NCBI GenBank assembly: GCA_951406725.2
Contig: OX597832.1
Location: 70,184,001 to 70,248,000, forward strand
Reading direction: 5' to 3'
Source: Octopus vulgaris
Lineage: Eukaryota
DNA: 64,000 bases
The translations under genes and the position numbers were made by a program. Below are positions 41,941-56,661 of the stretch, piece after piece. The notes under the pieces are model-generated. The model was not told the DNA's origin, did not search any database, and worked only from the letters and a program-made list of their open reading frames with translations. The stretch's first letter is position 1. Each line of letters begins with the position of its first letter.

Positions 41941-42430
41941 AAGATGAGGAAATATTTATTGCATTACTTCACTATACCAACGACTTTCTGACAAAGTCCT
42001 CACGTAAATCTTGACACTGCTGTTTTCCCATACGTGTTTTCCAGTTTTTAAATTATTTCTCTCTGCAGTTCTAAAACTATTACCTGTGTGCATTAGTTAA
42101 TGCGTTTTAATCAATGGTTTGAGAAAATCGGAAGGAAAAAGCTCCAGCACATCTGTCAGTAATCAAAGTTTGAAATCTATAATATATAAATATAATAAAA
42201 CACTCTACTTGATGTGTATATCCATACGTATACCTACATACACACCTGCACGCATACTTTCATATATATATATATATGTATGTATGTGTGTGTGTGTGTG
42301 TATATATATACATATATATATATATTTACTCATATATAAGTTTATATACATATGTTTGTATATGCATGTATGCATATGTGTGGAGGAAATTGTTTACAAT
42401 TATTCATATATAGATGAAATACATACATAC

Positions 42431-42483
<53 letters not shown>

Positions 42484-42505
42484 AGTATGTATGTATGTAT
42501 GTATG

Positions 42506-42536
<31 letters not shown>

Positions 42537-42841
42537 CCGTAGACACACACACATATATATATATGTATACATACATATGCATGTGTGTATTTGTGTATCT
42601 GCGTGTGCATCTGTGTATGTATATATATATATATATATTTATAAATGCGCGTACGTAAATATATATATTTACATACATGAAACTTCAGTTTCTAACTTTA
42701 TAATGCACGTGAAATCAATTGAATTTGCACTTCAGTGCTATGCTTTGGTGCTGCATATTTTATCGATCTTGTAAGAAAAATTGCAACAATATTATTTTCG
42801 CATTAGCTAAATAGTTAGAGAGAGAGGGAGGAGAGAGATAC

Positions 42842-42878
<37 letters not shown>

Positions 42879-43473
42879 GAGAGAGTGATATATGCATACG
42901 CACACGCATATAAGCATGAAGCATCCCAGCGGCACGCTTGAGTAATGTACCAAATAATTCTGTCTTAATGAGCTTTTCTCTTCGTCGTATTTTCCAGGTA
43001 ACCAGCGGGAAAATTCTAATTCAACGGCCAAATTGGATTGGCTTAAAATAGTATTGCCTGAAAATTGTTAACTCACTTTGGTAAAAGACCAGAAATTTAT
43101 CAAAGGCTGGCAGTGGTATCATAGAAGTTTCATATGGTGCTCTCTCTGATTTCTAACAGCCAGTGATGGTAGGAGGATCAAAATGGCTTAAGTGGGATTT
43201 GAAACGCGTTCAAATGCAGGTTAGAAAGCAATTTCTTGTGTAGTAAGTTCTGAACATATTTTGTTCGTTCATCATCGCTACACATATATAACAACTACAG
43301 AATGCCTAGCAAATTGTAATATTTGCAACTATTTGAAGCATAAAACCGGACTCACACACTCCCTCACACACACACACACATATACAAAATTATAGGTACC
43401 CCAGCATGGTCACTGCCTTTCTATATATTAAAAGACTGAGTCGGACAAGAATAGTCCTCTTCCCTTCACATCA

Positions 43474-43516
<43 letters not shown>

Positions 43517-43517
<1 letters not shown>

Positions 43518-44055
43518 TAGCAGTATCGCCCGGCGTTGCTCGGGGTTGTAAGGGAAATAACTATATAAGCATTTTTAGAGAGTTATAGCCAAAAAATAGC
43601 AAAAAAAATGCATTAAAAATGGAAAAAAAATTATGGTAATTTTTTTTTTAAATCGTTGACTCATCGTAGACATTTTCTGTTTTGGTTTCTTCAAGCCATG
43701 AAGAACGCTGGTCTCATTGACAACGCTTTACGGCGTTGATTTCCATACACTCCCTTCCCCACAGCTTCACGAGGGAGGGAAGAAGGGGGAGAAGCAACAC
43801 AGGTGTGAGCGTGGACGCCAACTCCGCCGCCATCGACACACGAAAAATTATGCATTAAAATGGAATAAAAAATGATGTTAAATTATTTTTAAAATCGTAG
43901 ACTCATCGTAGACGCACGCTAATACCCAGACGGGCTCGATATGAATCACGACTATAAGATACCCGAATTAAACTGCACCGCAAACTGTGGGAGTAGTTAG
44001 GAATCTAAATCGAAGGGGACAGACACTCACACAACTACAGTTTTATATATATAGA
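43517..44055 (-). mobile_element. Non-autonomous Helitron (complete)
   Basis: Minus strand A|TCTATATATATAAAAC ... cccg(agcaacgc)cggg hairpin ... CTAG|T, with no TSD. Confidence 0.85.
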
Positions 44056-44224
44056 TATGTGTGTGTGTGTGTGTGTGTGTGTATCGATATCTCTTATCCA
44101 TTACTTGTTTCACTCATTAAACAGCGGCCTGCTTGGGCACATCTTTGCAGGCTTTAGTCGAATAAATTGACCTCAGTTCTTTCTTTTTCCACTAAAACTT
44201 ATTCGATCGGTATCTTCTTAGCGA

Positions 44225-45347
44225 ACTGAAAACTAAGAACTGCACAACCAAATTCATTCAAATTTTACACATGCCTTACTTAGGGTCCGGGGAGTGTCAT
44301 CGGCAAAAAAATTAGCTTTTTGCCTAGGGTGAGCCCACAGCAATATCATATCTTCTCCACTACGATTCGCTAAAACTTGAGAACTACACAACCAATTTCA
44401 TTGAAATTTTGCACATGCCTTACATGTAGTTTCATGGGCAAAAAAAAATGTTCAACTTCTTGCCTAGAGTGAGCCCATAGCAATATCATATCTTCTCCAC
44501 TATTCCAGTATTACGTGTTAAAAGTGAGACAAAAACATTTCTCTATTTTATCTCAGATACTTTCACTTTAACAATAAAAAAAATAGTAACAATTGAATTA
44601 TATGTTAGTAAGTAATAATTAAAATCAAACTAAAGTATGATATAATCGTAACATAACAAAAGTAAAAAATACAATTGGTATAAAATTGCATCAATGACTT
44701 GAACTTGAATAAGTGGTTTCACATGAATGGGAATAAATTAAAAATAAAATTAGCGTGCAGAAATGGAATAGTCCAGATGGATGATAAAAAATTAAATTAA
44801 AGAAAAGACTATTGTCTATAAAGTATATAGTGTAGATAAAAAAAAGATTTGAACACATGGAGGAAAGCTCCGTCGAAAAGTGTCTTGGTGCGACTATGAA
44901 AGATATATAATCAGAGGCGGTAAATTCGCCACAATAGAAGCAAGGTTCGAGTCAACGGAGCGTGCAAGGGAGTACTCGACTCGAACGTGCAAAGTGGAAA
45001 TATTTTAGTTTTACCTTTATATCTGGGACGTAGGACGTCCCGGAAAAAAATTCTAAATGCCCCCCCCCCCCCCGAAGTAGAGCTACGCTGGATTGTAGCC
45101 ACACTTCTATACAAGAGGGAGGACAAGATACAATTGATCGAAATTGCAAGAGACGGGCCTAAAGTTCCAGTCTGTTATATATTTTGAGTATTATTGTCAC
45201 TAGCGATATCAAGATATAACTTTGTATTTTGTATTTTATGTGTAGATGTATATATATAGATGTACATGTAATATGTACACATATATATATACACATATAT
45301 ACATGCACTAGCACTATGACCCGGCAACGACAGGTCTTTAATGCTAG
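44225..45347 (+). mobile_element. Non-autonomous Helitron, copy 1 of a tandem pair (5' truncated, internal deletion)
   Basis: Collinear with 45348-46889. Ends gaccc(ggcaacga)caggtc..atgCTAG. Confidence 0.85.
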
Positions 45348-46889
45348 TATATATATATAAAACTGAGAATGTGTGTCTGTCTGTCTGTCTGTGTGTTTCC
45401 CTAAAACTTGAGAACTACACAACCAATTTCATTCAAATTTTACGCATGCCTTACTTAGGGTCCATGTAGTTTCATGGGCAAAACAAATGTTCAACTTCTT
45501 GCCTAGAGCGACCCCATAGCAATATCATATCTTTTCCACTATTTCAGTATTATGTGTTAAAGGTGAAACAAAAGCATTTCTCTATTTTATCTCAGATACT
45601 TTCACTTTAACAATAAAAATAATAACAATTGAATTATATGTAGTAAGTAATAATTAAAATCAAACTAAAGTATAATATAATCGTAACATAACAAAAGTAA
45701 AAATAGCAATTGATATAAAATTGCATCGAAATGACTTGAAATTGAATAAGTGGATTCACATGAATGGGAATAAATTAAAAATAAAATTAGCGTGCAGAAA
45801 TGGAATACATTAGATTATTTGCTAATTAGCTAGCATTAAGTATCTATATGAAGTTTGGCTGTATGTAATATCTGTTTTCTCGAACAGTGGGTTCTACAGA
45901 ATACTGCGGTTGGTTTATTTCTTATACATAAAGGACTATAGCTTCAACTGCTTACTGCTTTCTGGCTCATCGTAAGGTTTGTTGTTATTATTATTACTGA
46001 TTAACTATTGTTATCACGTTTGTTGGTTCCTCGTAAAGGAAACATTGTTGTGTTGCATTTGTTAAATAATTGTAAACTGTAACCCTCCCCTTTGGGAGAA
46101 GGAGCTTTGGTTATTGTTTAAAAATTGAATTGTGTCCCTGTTTGGGGAAATTGACAATATTTTCACCGTTTACACGGAAGCATTTTTGTTAGAATGCCTT
46201 CGATAGAAGAAAGTCAAAAAATGAATTTCGCTGCAGCCGTCGGTGGGCGCGAAATCATTGAAATTGAAATGGAAGAAATACGGATTGATCACCGACAAAG
46301 ACGGTGAATCTAGGATAACACCACCAAACGAAATAAAAAATTAAATTAAAGAAAAGACTATTGTCTATAAAGTATATCATGTAGAGAAAAAAGATTTGAA
46401 CACATGGAGGAACACACCATCGAAACGTGTCTTGGTGCGACTATGAAAGATATCTAACTAGAGGTGGTAAATTCGCAACAATAGAAGCAAGGTTCGAGTC
46501 AACGGAGCGTGCAAGGGAGTACTCGACTCGAACCTTGCAAAGTGGAAATATTTTATTTTTACCTTTATATCTGGGACGTAGGACGCCCCGGATAAAAATT
46601 TAAAATGTCCCCCAGAAGTAGGAGTAGGCTGGATTGTAGCCACACTTCTATACAAGAGGGAGGACAAGATACAATTGATCGAAATTGCAAGAGACGGGCC
46701 TAAAGTTCCAGTCTGTTATATATTTTGAGTATTGTTATCACTAGCGATATCAAGATATAACTTTGTATTTTGTATTTTATGTGTAGATGTATATATATAT
46801 ATAGATGTACATGTAATATGTACACATACATATACACATATATACATGCACTAGCACTATGACCCGGCAACGACGGGTCATAATGCTAG
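45348..46889 (+). mobile_element. Non-autonomous Helitron, copy 2 of a tandem pair
   Basis: 5' tatatatataaaactg..(gtct)n and 3' hairpin tatgacccg(gcaacga)cgggtcata followed by atgCTAG|T. Confidence 0.88.
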
Positions 46890-47759
46890 TATATATAGAT
46901 ATATATATATATATTTTAGGCTTGGCTCTCCGTCGATTGCGGCGATGAGTTTTCCAGTTGATGCAATCGATGAACAGCCTGCTCGTAAAATTAATGTGCA
47001 AGTGGTTGAGCACTCCACAGACAAGAATAGATTTAATGTAGTTCTTAGGAAGATTCAGCGGGGTTAGCCTTTTTTAATTACGCACGATTCCCTTTTGCCA
47101 GCTCAGTGAACGGGAGCAACGTGAAATAAAGCGTCTTTCCGAAGGATGCAATGTGTCACCCGGCATCGGCCCCACAACGTTAAAAGACGGATGCCCTACC
47201 ACTCAGCCGCGCGTCTTCTCCAAGCACCTGTAATTTATTAGTATTGACTTGCGCAGAAATGGTTATTATTATTTATTATCACACTGAAATATATCACATG
47301 ATAGCTTAATTGGCAAATGGTCTTGTGCCAAATATAGAAATCCATTTCTAGTAATCTTTAGAAATGGCTGAATGGAATAGTTAGGCAATACTATTGCATT
47401 CAGCCATTTCTTATGAATGCTGGATTCGGTTCTCCTGGCATGAAACAATCAAGTAACATCAGACCATAATATAGTTTTCTGCTTACATATATATATATAT
47501 ATGCTTACGTACATACACACACACACATACACACACACACACACACACATACATACGCGTATATACACAAACACAAACGCGTTACAATTCAATTTATATG
47601 TTTGTAATTTTAAATTTCCCGATGCATTAACTTTCTATGGAACTTTCTCTGCTTTCGGATTGAATTTTGTGTGTTCCATTTTGAAAACTAACTAGAATAA
47701 CTGGAATCTACTCTGCGCCTTTTCTGGATCGGCAGCTTTACATTGTATTGTTCTTTGTT

Positions 47760-48052
47760 TCTTCTCGAGCCATGCCTAGCTCCTAAGGGCCGGTTTCCCG
47801 GTTTCCTTGGCCTATAGATTCCCCACCTATATGGGATGCTGGTCCCTCGCAGGTGAGCTGCAACATGTAGGAGGAAAGAGTGAGCGAAAGTTGTGGCGAA
47901 AGAGTCAGCAGGAGTTCGCCATTACCTTCTGCTGGAGCCGCGTGGAGCTTAGGTGTTTCGCTCATAAACACACATGTCGCCCTGCCTGATAATCGAACCC
48001 ACGATCCCGCTAGCGCGATTCCGCTGCTCTGACGACTAGGCCATGTGCCTCC
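47760..48052 (-). mobile_element. tRNA-derived SINE
   Basis: Minus strand tggcctagtcgtcag (A box) and gggttcgatt (B box). The body motif aaagttgtggcgaaagagt is shared with 54346-54365. Confidence 0.7.
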
Positions 48053-48489
48053 ACGTAGCTTTACATCGCCGTGAATCAAAACTCATCTTACTCTGCCTGA
48101 CTTAAGAATATAAACCGTTCATCTAACTTCTTTTTTGTCAAAAGAAAATGTTCTTCTGTCGAAAGAGATAGCGGTCACAAATATACATAGCTTCTCGCCT
48201 ATACAAGCGGAGCAAATATATGGCAGCAGCGGACATTAAACAATAATAGGCAGCTACCCAGGATTTACTGTAAGCGCGAAATATTTATATTCCGACATTT
48301 TCATTTTGACCTCGGAAAACAACAAAGGCGGCAGGCTATTGGTATTTGTGAATTGCTTTGCACCTTTTTCTGCTTTCTTTTGTCAATTTCTTCCAAAATT
48401 CTGCACAAATATTTTAGGACTTTCTTTGAGCGAAATATAATTCGGGGAACAACATTCAAATCATGCGTTGAACCTCTCTCATACAAAGT

Positions 48490-49272
48490 TCCAAAATAAC
48501 CTTCGATATGCTTTATTTCTGACCGATTGATGGTACAGTTTTAATTCCATGGTCAAATGGAGATTTTCATCAGCCCAGTATACGCAATGACGCCTGTTTA
48601 CATGACCGGATAATTTGAAGCAAGCCTTATCTGACCAGATGATCTTATCCAGATAGTTTTGTTGCTCATTGGCAATTTGGTCATTCATCATTTCGAAGAA
48701 TTGCAACCGGTGATCTGGGTCATCCTCCAAAAGACCATGTACCAGTCATGGATGGTAAGGCTATAATTCCAGCTAATGTATTAGGCGTTGCAATGATGTT
48801 CTTGGTATGGATAGTTCTAGAGAAGCATGCTGTGTGGACTTCTTTGAATTGTTGACAAATGCCATAGCCAGTAACATCTCATTTTTTTTTCAGTCGTGGA
48901 TGTCTTAGGACGTCCAGATTTTCGTGCATTACTCACTAAACCTGTGGTATCAATTTTATTATGTATCCAATAACGTGTCTGGCGTGAAAGTGGATGAGTA
49001 TGAAAAGCTTCTTGCCACGCTGTGCGCACCTGCTAGGCATTTTCAGACTTCAAATACTGCTTTAGTATTTACTTTCTTTGCTCTTAATTTAGATTGTCTG
49101 CCATGGCTGACACGTTAGCGTACCTGCAAAGAAAAAAAAACAATTACAAACTGAAAAGGGAGCTTGACAAAGCTAACTAAATAGCATGGAATAAATAAGA
49201 TCTAAACAGTTAATATATGAATGCGATAGAACTAAATGAATAACTGTAAACCTACTTTTGGGCCACCCAGTT
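48490..49272 (-). mobile_element. Tc1/mariner-superfamily relic (DUF4817/DD41D-like), 5' half
   Basis: TIR-like ctgggtggcccaaaagtagg, SGRPKTST, and EDDPDHRLQF..IIWSDKACFKLSGHVNRRHCVYWADEN. Confidence 0.75.
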
Positions 49273-49690
49273 TATATATGTGTGTGTGTATTATGTATGT
49301 ATATGTATATGTATATATATATAAAAAAATACAAAATGGGGCAAGAATGCAAAACATCCATACAGTTAGGTGGTACAAGAAAGGGACAGCAAAGCATTCA
49401 GACAGACGATACAAAGAAAGCAAAGACGGATCATTCGGAGTTTTCTTTCCTCAGTTCGAGATTATCTTTGCAATTTCGGCTGGTTACACTCGAGATTGCT
49501 CCAATTTGGCCAGCCACAAGGAAAAACTAAGCTAAACGCACTAGATTCATTGGAAGAAAGCAGCGAATGTATGCGAAAACGAGGACGAAAAAAACGGAGA
49601 AAGTTACACAAATTCAAATAACAGGACATAACAACAGGTGTCTTTCGACTAAGGACGAATTAAATTAAACTGGCGTATGTGGAAGTAAAG

Positions 49691-49776
<86 letters not shown>

Positions 49777-49929
49777 CTGTGTGCACGCGCGCGTATGTAT
49801 GTGTGTGTGCATGTGTGTGTATGTACTGGTAAAATCCCATGGTCATTCATGACCGAGGGACTCTTTACCATTTATACACACATACACACGCACACACACA
49901 TATATATGCATGTATGTATGTATGTACGA

Positions 49930-50088
49930 ATGTTCTCTTTCAGTTCCGTCTACCAAATTCCCTCAGGAAGCTGTGGACGACCCGAGGCTATAGTTGAAGA
50001 CAGCTGCCAAGATAGTATGCGCAACGGAACTGAACCCGGAACTGCGTGGTTGGGAACCAGATTTCTTACCACACAGCCACGCCTGCAC
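49930..50088 (-). mobile_element. SINE family B 5' part
   Basis: Reverse complement of 13692-13850. Confidence 0.7.
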
Positions 50089-50519
50089 CTATGTAGTAAA
50101 TTTCTTTACAATGTTTCATTGATGCAACGATGAATCGTAGAGATTAAAACTCTTCTATGACCTATTGACAAGATTTCTGCTTACTTTTTAACTTCTTTCA
50201 TATATTAACCGCTGTCAACAGAGACCACTTAATAGTTCTGCTTGCCATGTGTATTTTTATATATATTTTTTCCATTTGCGTGTGTCTTTTCTATTTTACA
50301 ACTTCTACGTATTTCTGTCTCTAATATTTCATAATCTGACCTGTGAGGTCGGATTATTATTCGATAATAATAACTTAAAACATTTTGGCGTTTAAAACTG
50401 CATTTATGTGAGTTTCGAAATCGGAGTATTTACCTCTCAGCTACAATATTGAAACGTACATGAGGAACAAATGATATAAACGTATGTTTATCGTGACTTT
50501 TCATATACTTTTGCGTATT

Positions 50520-50588
<69 letters not shown>

Positions 50589-51174
50589 ATATATATGTAT
50601 ATATGTATGTATATATGTATGTATGTATGTATGTATGCATGTATGTATGTATGTATGTATGTATGTATGTATGTATGTAGGTATGTATGCAAGCATGTAT
50701 GCACACATACACACACACACAAACATGTATGCATGTGTAGCTGTGTATGCGTGTATGTGTGTGTGTGCGTATGTTTGAATACCTCTATTAATGTGAGGCT
50801 ATATTCAGTGAAGATGATTCACCGATTAGTCTTCGGTGCGATATTGTTATATAACTCCAATGCTTTACTAATAGAAAAAGAGAATAAATGTAGGGAATAT
50901 TATGAGAGACCACGCTGCACCGATTCGGTCGGCATTACTGTATTCTCGGGAGACTTAAAGAATCATAACTTTCTTCTATTTCATAATACTGGGTAAAAAT
51001 CAATGGAAACAATTCGCATTCCTAACGCTGCCTGCCTCCCCCCCCTTACACACACACGCACGCACGCGCGTACGCACACATATACACACACAAACACATA
51101 CATACACATAGAATCACGCACAAACATGCATATATATATAAAGAGAGATAGATAATACATAGGTACGTACATAA

Positions 51175-51271
<97 letters not shown>

Positions 51272-51348
51272 GTGAAAATATTCTATGTCTTTGCTTTTAG
51301 CTCTCACACAAACATTCATATATTGAATATCTTTCTTACTTTCTTTCT

Positions 51349-51387
<39 letters not shown>

Positions 51388-52494
51388 ATTTTGTCTCCAT
51401 TTTATTTCCATATCTATATCTACTGCTCTATCTCTTACATTCACTTAACCATTCTTCCATTAAATCTCCACTAAGAAGGTGAAGCCAACGTCAAAACAAG
51501 ATGTCTGCTGTTTGCGTCCGGCAAACAGCGGCCCAGCTTCCGATGTCCGACTGTGTCTAATGATATTACCAATTCCTTTTAACACGGATGCTATTACATA
51601 ATAACAAATTTATCCCAAGAAACATGGACGTTAGCTGGCCACGTTTCAAAGTATTATTTTCAAAGAGAAGCTAAGAATCTCTATTAATAATCGTAGCAAT
51701 TCTTGCCAATTTTGCTCCCATTTACGTACATTCCTCTAACAGTTGCTTAAATTATCATGTTTATTCCTGACTCGAAATACATATAAAGAAAAATTGGAAT
51801 AAAAAGAAAAATAAGCAGAGATATGTACAGATATACTACATACTCATATATATAATATTCAAAAAGCAGTAATACTGATTTTTCTTAGAAAGGCCAGGAA
51901 GTGCATTAGCTTTGAAGATTTCCGAATGTTAAACTCTATTCTGAATATATGAATAATTAAACGGTGACTGCTATTTGACATCTCAGAATCGACGACCATT
52001 AGGTCAGTTTAGTCACAGACAGAAAGCATAGTGGAAGAAGGATCTCTGATCTAAGAATTGGGTTGGTGCTTATATCTTGATTCTTTCTTTTCTCTCCCGA
52101 CGCTACTAGATCTGATTGATCAGATGTACAATCAAAGACGTTTCAGCCGTGACTGCTCCGCCGATTTGTTTATCTAGTACTATGTGGTCGAATATGTTTG
52201 CTCATCGTTGAGACGGTAAGAAGCCTGGTTGTTATGTCTAGTTCTCTGTGCGACCATGTAGAGGCCTTCCTATTGTCTCGTGTAGAGCAGATTAATGAAG
52301 ATGCTTTGATGTTTATCGCCAGATAAGCTCTGATTAATAGGTTTTTGACAACACTATTCATTGCCTATTTTTCTAAAGTAGTGAGGTGTGTATTGAGAGG
52401 GGGTTGATTCCTATTTCTTATAAGTCGAATGATCAAGTAGGGACTGCCATGATTTTTAGCATAGCGTAGCTATATGAAGCATCCAAACGAAACA

Positions 52495-52890
52495 TGTGTA
52501 CAACAGGAGCATAAACAAAACAAGTGTACAACAAGAGTAGAAACGAAACAAATGAGCAGCAAGTGTGTAATAAGAAAACTAAGGATGTGTACTAAGGATG
52601 TGTACTAAGGATGTGTACTAAGAAAACAAATGAAGAGGAAGTGTACAACAGGTGTACAAATGCAACAAATACATTGAATGTACAAGAAGTGTACAACAAG
52701 AGTAGAAACGAAACAAATGAACAGCAAGTGTACATACAAAACAAGTGAACAGGAAGTTGTACAAGCAAAAGAAGTGAACAGGAAGTGTACAAACAAAACA
52801 AGTGAACAGGATGTGTACTAAGAAAACAAATGAAGAGGAAGTGTACAACAGGTGTACAAATGCAACAAATACATTGAATGTACAAGAATA
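52495..52890. repeat. Composite minisatellite built on aagtgtacaa-like units with a ~200 bp internal duplication
   Basis: 52607-52688 is repeated at 52808-52888. actaaggatgtgt occurs three times. Confidence 0.8.
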
Positions 52891-53223
52891 TCAGACGAAC
52901 ATGTAATCAAACTGGAATTTGGGAAACGAAATCGGATTTAGTCATGTTGTTCTTCAATGTTGACATATTTCTTATTCATGAAGCAAATATACGATGGAGT
53001 AAAATTGATGACAGTTTCCAATGGAAATAATAAAAGTTGTTAGTTGAAATATTAATCTTATACTTTTAGATGTAAAAAGACGTTTTCAAGAGATACATAA
53101 ATGATTGAATAGACAGCAGTGTAAGGCTGTTCTTTACAACATGGAATAGATTTCGCTTTCCTCCTCCCACGCGCACACATGTGTGTGTGTGTGTGTGTCT
53201 GTGTGTGTATGTACATATATATA

Positions 53224-54111
53224 CAGGGTACGATGGGTAAATTATCGCCATTTTATATTTTTAATTTCGCGCATGGTTTATTTTTGATTTGGTCCACTTC
53301 ACAGTAGAGTAGGGTCAGTTGGGTACCGTCTGCGTGAAAAATAGCACCATGACGCAATTCACTCTGCCAGAAATTTGGAAAAGACATACTGTACTACAAG
53401 GCATTCGAGCCTGAAGCTGCAATACAAAGATTTCCGAGTGTTTGGGTGTCAATCTGATACTGTGCAATCTGAGGACATGTACCGAGAGTGATAAAAATCA
53501 AACATCCAGTCAACACCATGGTGTTTGGAGTGATCACTAGTAATGGCGAGGTTATACCTCCCTTCATCTTCCCTCACAGCCTCAGACTCAACACTGAGGC
53601 CTACATCAAGTGCATGGAGGAGATAGTGAGGGCTTGGGTCAAGAGGGTGATTGCTGGATGAACCTAAGTCTGGCAACAGAACTTTGCACCATGCCACACA
53701 AGCAGGAGAACCCAGTCATGACTGTCAGACAATTTCTGTGACCACATTACCCCTATCATCTGGCCACCTAACTCCCAGATTGCAACACCCTTGATTATTA
53801 TGTGTGTGGGTGGGGTCGAAGATGAGCCAGAGACCAATAAAACTCCTTTGTTACACCAAAGCTGAACTGAAGGCAAGGATTTTGGCAGCATTCACCAACT
53901 TGAAAAAGGAGACTGTCCAGAAGAGTTGCAGGAGATTCCAATGCCGTCTGGTGGCCGTGCTTGAAGTCAAGGGAGATTTTATTGAATAAAATTAGTCTTT
54001 CGTATTTCAAGATATTTTTATGTAATTTTGGTAAATATATCTTTAAAATGAGGTGTCTGTGTTACTTTCGCTTTTGCGTAATTTAGACGACAATTCATTC
54101 ACCACACCCAG
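53224..54111 (+). mobile_element. maT (DD37D) transposon deletion derivative
   Basis: TA|cagggt..cccag|TA ends. KHP..MVFGVITSNG..VWQQNFAPCHTS..WPPNSPDCNTLDYYVW gives 37 aa spacing, with the second D mutated to N. Confidence 0.85.
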
Positions 54112-54180
54112 TATATATATAAAATACTATAAGCTGCCCAAACACATTCCATCTACCAAACCCACCAACGTACAGACGTG

Positions 54181-54214
<34 letters not shown>

Positions 54215-54365
54215 AATATATACCACCGTGATCACCGTGACCGACCAGACTAACAGATGTTGCTACACATCGCTGGTTACAATGCGCTTCGCATTGTTTT
54301 AGCCTCGCTGGCTAAGCGAGCAGGCCAAGAGAAGAAAGAGTAAAAGAAAGTTGTGGCGAAAGAGT

Positions 54366-54446
<81 letters not shown>

Positions 54447-54488
54447 TATATATATATATATATATAGTATATATATATATATAGTGAA

Positions 54489-54823
54489 GGCGCATGGCTC
54501 AGTGGTTAGAGCGTCGAGCTTACGATCGTGAGGTTGTGAGCTCGAATCCCGGACGGGGCTGCGTGTTGTGTTCTTGAGCAAGGCACTTTATTTCACGTTG
54601 CTCCAGTTCACTCAGCTGTAGAAATGAGTTGCGACGTCACAGGTGCCAAGCTGTATCGGCCCTTGCCTTTCCCTTGGACAACATCGGTGACGTGGAGAGG
54701 GGAGGCCGGTATGCATGGGCGACTGCTGGTCTTCCATAAAACAACCTTGCCCAGACTTGTGCCTCAGAGGGTATCTCTCTAGGTGCAAACCCATGGTCAG
54801 TGCCTGACCGAAGGGGGTCTTTA

Positions 54824-54828
<5 letters not shown>
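54489..54828 (+). mobile_element. tRNA-derived SINE family C, complete, between (TA)n tracts
   Basis: A box tggctcagtgg, B box gctcgaatcc, tRNA-like head and tttac tail. Confidence 0.85.
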
Positions 54829-54872
<44 letters not shown>

Positions 54873-55047
54873 GTGTATGTGTGTGAATCTGACTGAATGT
54901 GTGTAACACAGAATCCGTTTCTGAGAATTCGCCAGGAGCAGAGCATCACCCGATGAAGTGATACTTATCTTCAGAATTTCACCACTTTTATGACGGGCTT
55001 TTCTGCTTCTGAATGTCCTAGGTTGGACAAAAGGAAAATCATTGCTT

Positions 55048-55083
<36 letters not shown>

Positions 55084-55979
55084 ATTGAAGACATATTGCG
55101 AACCGAGTGATACTAAATTCAAAAGGCCGATATTTGTTCGTTTGATAGAGAGCCGTTATCTTCACACACACGCATGCACACTCGTATGCACATGCACACA
55201 CACATAAACACACAAACACACATACGTACGCACCCATACTGAGAAAGTGAGGGAGAGAAAGAGAAAGAGAGAGAATCATAGATCCGATATTAATTACTTC
55301 ATGCACTGCTAATAAAAAGCAAACATATTCTGACGCATAAGTCTAACAAATTCTAGAAGCGTTTCAAAGAAAAATTAGAGACATTTTGGTCAGAGACACC
55401 AGATGAATCCGCATCAGGACAAGAAACACAAATGAGGGCAGATTCAGCCAACTTACACCTTCAAAAGAACCGAACCTGGGTGAAAAAGTCTGGGTGGGTG
55501 AAATGAAATAAATTTGTAATGACACTAAGTTGGTGCTGCAGTATGGCCACCAATTCTTTGCAAAAGAAGCTTAAGTGTAAGTAAAATGACTCCATCTATA
55601 ACAAATGCCCTCCATCATTACTTCGATAAATCTCTGATATAGAAGTATGGACCGAACTAGAGGAAATTTAAATGAATTTACTAATTTCGAAAATAAACTC
55701 CTACAGCCAAGAAAAGAGTACGTTGTTAATTTCCCCGCTGACACGCTGACACTTTGACACATTAACACTCAGAATTGACATTAATTTAGGATACTGTGGA
55801 CAGCTATTAAATCTAGAAGGTGATTAATACAGCGTTTGTTTAGGATTTGTCTAACTTTGTGTTTATACTTGTCAAACATTGTGACATCAGCCTCCAAAGC
55901 TCTTCTAACTTTACAATCATCTCAGATCCCCGCAACCTATATATATATATATATATGCAAATACATATACATACATACA

Positions 55980-56014
<35 letters not shown>

Positions 56015-56029
56015 GCGTATATATATACT

Positions 56030-56102
<73 letters not shown>

Positions 56103-56469
56103 CGGTATGTGTGTATGCTGTTAATATATATGTATATGCGTGGGTTCGTGTGTGAGCGTAGATATATGTGTATAAGGTGTACATGTGAATCTGTGTGCTG
56201 CGGCTTCATACAGGCTTTTGTATATATATATATGTGTGTGTCTGTGTGTAAGTATGTATGTATATGTATATGTAATCAACAGATAAGATCCAGATTTTCT
56301 CGGTATAGGAAACACTTAGTAGGGCTCAAATGATTCGAATTGAGACACGAATGTCTTTACGAGGGGCCAATACCTCTGGGTAGAGAGTGGCTATAAGAGG
56401 AATCCAGGTGAGCAGATATGGGGACAATTTTCGGCAACAGCTTGGGATTGATATGCACATATACATGTG

Positions 56470-56474
<5 letters not shown>

Positions 56475-56503
<29 letters not shown>

Positions 56504-56661
56504 TGTATGTATGTATGTATGTATGTATGTATGTATGTATGTATGTATGTATTTATGTATGTATGTATGTATGTATGTATGTATGTATGTATGTATGTAT
56601 GTATGTATGTATGTATGTATGTATGTATGTATGTATGTATGTATGTATGTATGTATGTATG
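56475..56661. repeat. (ATGT)n microsatellite
   Basis: Direct reading. Confidence 0.95.

Noticed and set aside
52495-52890. CRISPR-like repeat array
   Set aside because: Eukaryotic context, no constant repeat with unique spacers, and no cas genes.
54489-54565. Possible tRNA gene
   Set aside because: The tRNA-like head runs into a SINE body and tail, with no proper acceptor stem or T-run terminator.
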